Made by a program: the position numbers and the translations under genes
From: Ginglymostoma cirratum
Lineage: Eukaryota
Direction: 5' to 3'
DNA: 64,000 nt
Assembly (NCBI GenBank): GCA_024137785.1
Contig: JAHRHZ010000221.1
Span: 1-64,000, forward strand
The notes under the pieces: model-generated
The model's input: only the letters and a program-made list of their open reading frames with translations
Told to the model about the DNA's origin: nothing
Databases searched by the model: none
Shown: positions 61,186-64,000 of the stretch, piece after piece
Layout: each line of letters opens with the position of its first letter
Position numbering within the stretch: the stretch's first letter is position 1

Positions 61186-62939
61186 GCTATGTGTGGACTG
61201 AAGTTGTGTCTCATTGAGACAGGATTTAGTGCGTGGCTTGACATTAATAGTTTAACTATCTGAGAGATTTGAAATCACCTCGCACTCTGAAATCTCATCT
61301 TTAACTGGACCCACATTGCAGTGTTGAGAACTGGAAGGGTTTCTATCTGGTTGAAAATGTTATTGAGCAACAACAGCATTGGATCAATTATTTTTCAGTT
61401 TGTGGATATCAGGTTATTCTGTTCACTGTTTCAACATTTGCAATTATTGGATTAAAATATTTGACAAGGGAACTCCACACTAACATGAACTGGTCGATGA
61501 TTGAATCTCACTGAGTGAAAGTCCAAATGGCAGGAATATGATTTTTTATTACAAGGTTAGTTGAACAAAGTTTAATATTCAGCCAGTTCTGACCACTGTG
61601 CTCTTTTAGTGGGGACGATCTCTCAAATAGAAGTTAGGTGTATGGGAAAGGAAGGGCACGATCCTTTCTCAGGGGCAGGTTTATGATCCACTCGCAATTA
61701 AGGAGCTTGAATTGACATTTCACAACCTTCCCAGGTGCAAAAGAGAGAGATATGTAAAGAAAACTGATTCTCGCATTATTTATGAGAGCTATGATATTCT
61801 CCCGTGTGCTTTTTAAGATGAGTGTTCTACATTTGTTTGAAACAGATTTCTTTTAGTAAATCATTAACTAAATTACCAGGAAGGACAATGATGATTTCAA
61901 CATTTCCTCCTGAGGACATTTAACAAAAAGGATGAATTTTACAAAAAGCACACAGTTACTTTCATTGCACCTCCTCTCTCTCTCCCTGGATTGACTGGTT
62001 TAGAAATTCCTCCCAGGGAGTGAGACAAAACAGGCAGTTTTCTGGCCTGCCACTCCTCCTGCCCAGTGCCTGAGCTTGAATTCCAGGGTCTGACCTGAAA
62101 TTGAATGCCAGGTGCAGTGTGGAACAGGCGGGTGATCCGATTACCCCAGGTTTCCCTCACCGCCTGTGAACAATTTCTTGGCTGCAGTGTTTGACTGTAA
62201 CACGGACTGTGTGGTGGGAACATCCCTGATCATAAACACAGAATGAGTCAGGAGTCAATTTTGCTGGAGTGAAACACCTCAGTCTGTGTGATTCCAATTC
62301 CCATTCTTTCTCATCAGAAAGATATCAAACTGTGGACAAATATTTCTTGTACTTGGGTGATTTTAGATGTGTTTCTGCAGTTGTTCTTGTTCAGCCTCTT
62401 GTCTGAATTTGCTCTCTGGGTGCGCTCGACTTCCTTTCTCATCTTGCTTTTTGTCTTTCACCATCTTTTCTTCCTTTTTTGTTACTTCCTTTCCTTTTTC
62501 TTGGTCTCTCCATCTCTTCCCCAGTTTTCATTACTCGAACTTTATCTTTCTCCTTTCTCACCCTCTCTGTCCTACAATTCCAGAAGGACAGTCCCACCAC
62601 CTATCAATGCGGTTACAGCTTGAACATTCTGGAAAGATGTTGAAAGGATCAGTTCAGTATGAGGAGTGAGGTCTGCAGTAGGATGTTGATGCTGGACTGT
62701 AATGGACTGGATGAGGCCCATTATAATGTATGGTGTGAGCTCCTGTTAACATTGAAAGACATTTCAAATCTCTCAGCATTAATTATTGAGGATCTAGGAG
62801 CTTTTAATTTGATAACTTCTGTGGTAGGGAAAAGGTATTTAAAATTCTGAATGACATTGAGAAAGTGGATGGAGGATATAAGGGAGCAAATTAAAAGCCA
62901 GACTACCACTGACACATTACAGTCCAGTCAGCCTGATGG

Positions 62940-64000
62940 CACAGCTGAGGAAATTTTTCAGAACAGTAATTCAGGATAAAATTGATGGCAACATCATTTC
63001 CTCAGGGTGTTCCAGTGATCTGTTATGTTCTGCCTGAAAGGACAGCAGGATCAGGTTCGGCTGTAAAGATCAAACTGGAATTGGATTGATGTTGAAAGGA
63101 AAACATTTGACAGCCCTCTGGGACAGTAACAGGGGAGTGGGATTGTGTGGTTAGTCACACCAAAGAGTCACCATGCACTGATATTTATAGCATGGACAGA
63201 GGGGAACCATCAGATGTAGCCTCTGGATTTTCAGAAGACTTTTGAGAAGTTACCACTCTGGGGATAAATAATTAGACTTGGGGGGAAATATACAAGTACG
63301 GATATAGAATCGGTCACGAGGCAGAAGCAGAGATTTGGAAGAAATGTATCATTCTCAGGATGGCGGGCTGTTACTATTCGAGTACAACAAAGGTCAATGG
63401 TAGTTCCACAACTGCTTGCAGTCCATATAAATGATGTAGATGTGGGGACCAATGCAAATATTTGCAAATTTTCTGATGACATCAAATTGAATGGGAACAT
63501 GATTTGTGAGGAGGGTGTAAACAGGCTTCAGGAAGATTAAACTGGCTTGGTCAGTGAGCTAGAACTGGACTTTTCAAATACAATATAAAGAAGTCTGAAG
63601 TTATTCACTTTGTTAGAAGAAAGCAGGAAGTCTAATTTGGATGCACAAGTGTCCAAAGGGATCTGGGTGTACTTGTCCATGAGTCACTCAAACCTAGTGG
63701 GTGGGTGCAGCAATTACTTCAGAAAGGAAACGATGTGTGGCATTAATTTCAAGGGGATTTGAGTACACAAGTAAAGATGCCTTCCTGCAGTTGTCTCGGG
63801 CCTTGGTGAGACCATACCCAGAGCATTGTGCACAGTTTTGGTCCCCTTCTCCAAGAAAGGATACAGTTGCCATGGAAGCAGTGCAATGGTTGTTTAACAG
63901 ACTAATTTTTGGGATGACAGGGTTGTCTAATGAAGAGGGATTGATGCAACTGGGTCTGTTTCCCCTGGAGTTTTGAAGACAGTGAGGTGATCTTACTGAA
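62940..64000 (+). mobile_element. Decayed CR1 fragments in the J-C intron
   Basis: ctggattttcagaagacttttgagaag, tgcaaattttctgatgac, LVRPYPEHCAQFWSP. Confidence 0.8.

Noticed and set aside
61594-61640. CACTGTG followed by a WG codon pair, possible second J
   Set aside because: No nonamer, in-frame stops and no WGxG motif.
62288-62623. Hydrophobic ORF resembling an Ig transmembrane exon (WVILDVFLQLFLFSLL) after an acceptor at 62317
   Set aside because: The acceptor is phase 0 for this frame while J ends in phase 1 (a direct splice stops after ~29 codons). The conserved YS motif and KVK tail are absent, and T-rich composition explains the hydrophobicity.
63452-63467. Octamer ATGCAAAT in the J-C intron
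   Set aside because: It lies inside a decayed CR1 RT segment and has no supporting motifs, so it is likely chance. The same applies to the isolated octamer at 11404.

Overview
Eukaryotic DNA with several N gaps, almost certainly from a shark or other cartilaginous fish. This is based on HE1/V-SINEs, abundant CR1 LINEs, shark-type minisatellites and a cluster-type immunoglobulin heavy-chain locus. Most of the window is nested, decayed retroelements (CR1, Rex1/Babar, Penelope-like, Tx1/L1, L2, Gypsy remnants, tRNA-derived SINEs), and nearly all ORFs in the track are their fragments or repeat noise. The only clearly supported host gene is at the right end: the leader, V and J segments of an IgH cluster, most likely IgW (59575-60483). 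Its V already carries a D-like extension followed by a 12-spacer RSS and sits one ~380-bp interval from a 23-RSS J. It therefore looks germline-joined (VD-J), and a precise join would be in frame. No constant-region exon was found in the window. Other notable items: (1) a CR1-like LINE with a tRNA-derived Pol III head and no ORF1, whose internal deletion reproduces a SINE present several times here; (2) a U1 snRNA-like copy with a perfect (GTTGCTG)13 expansion; (3) a minimal Penelope hammerhead ribozyme; (4) a CpG island with three copies of a CHR/MYB/E2F/CCAAT module; (5) a possible decayed LRR gene. All identifications are by eye, without database searches, and element boundaries are approximate.
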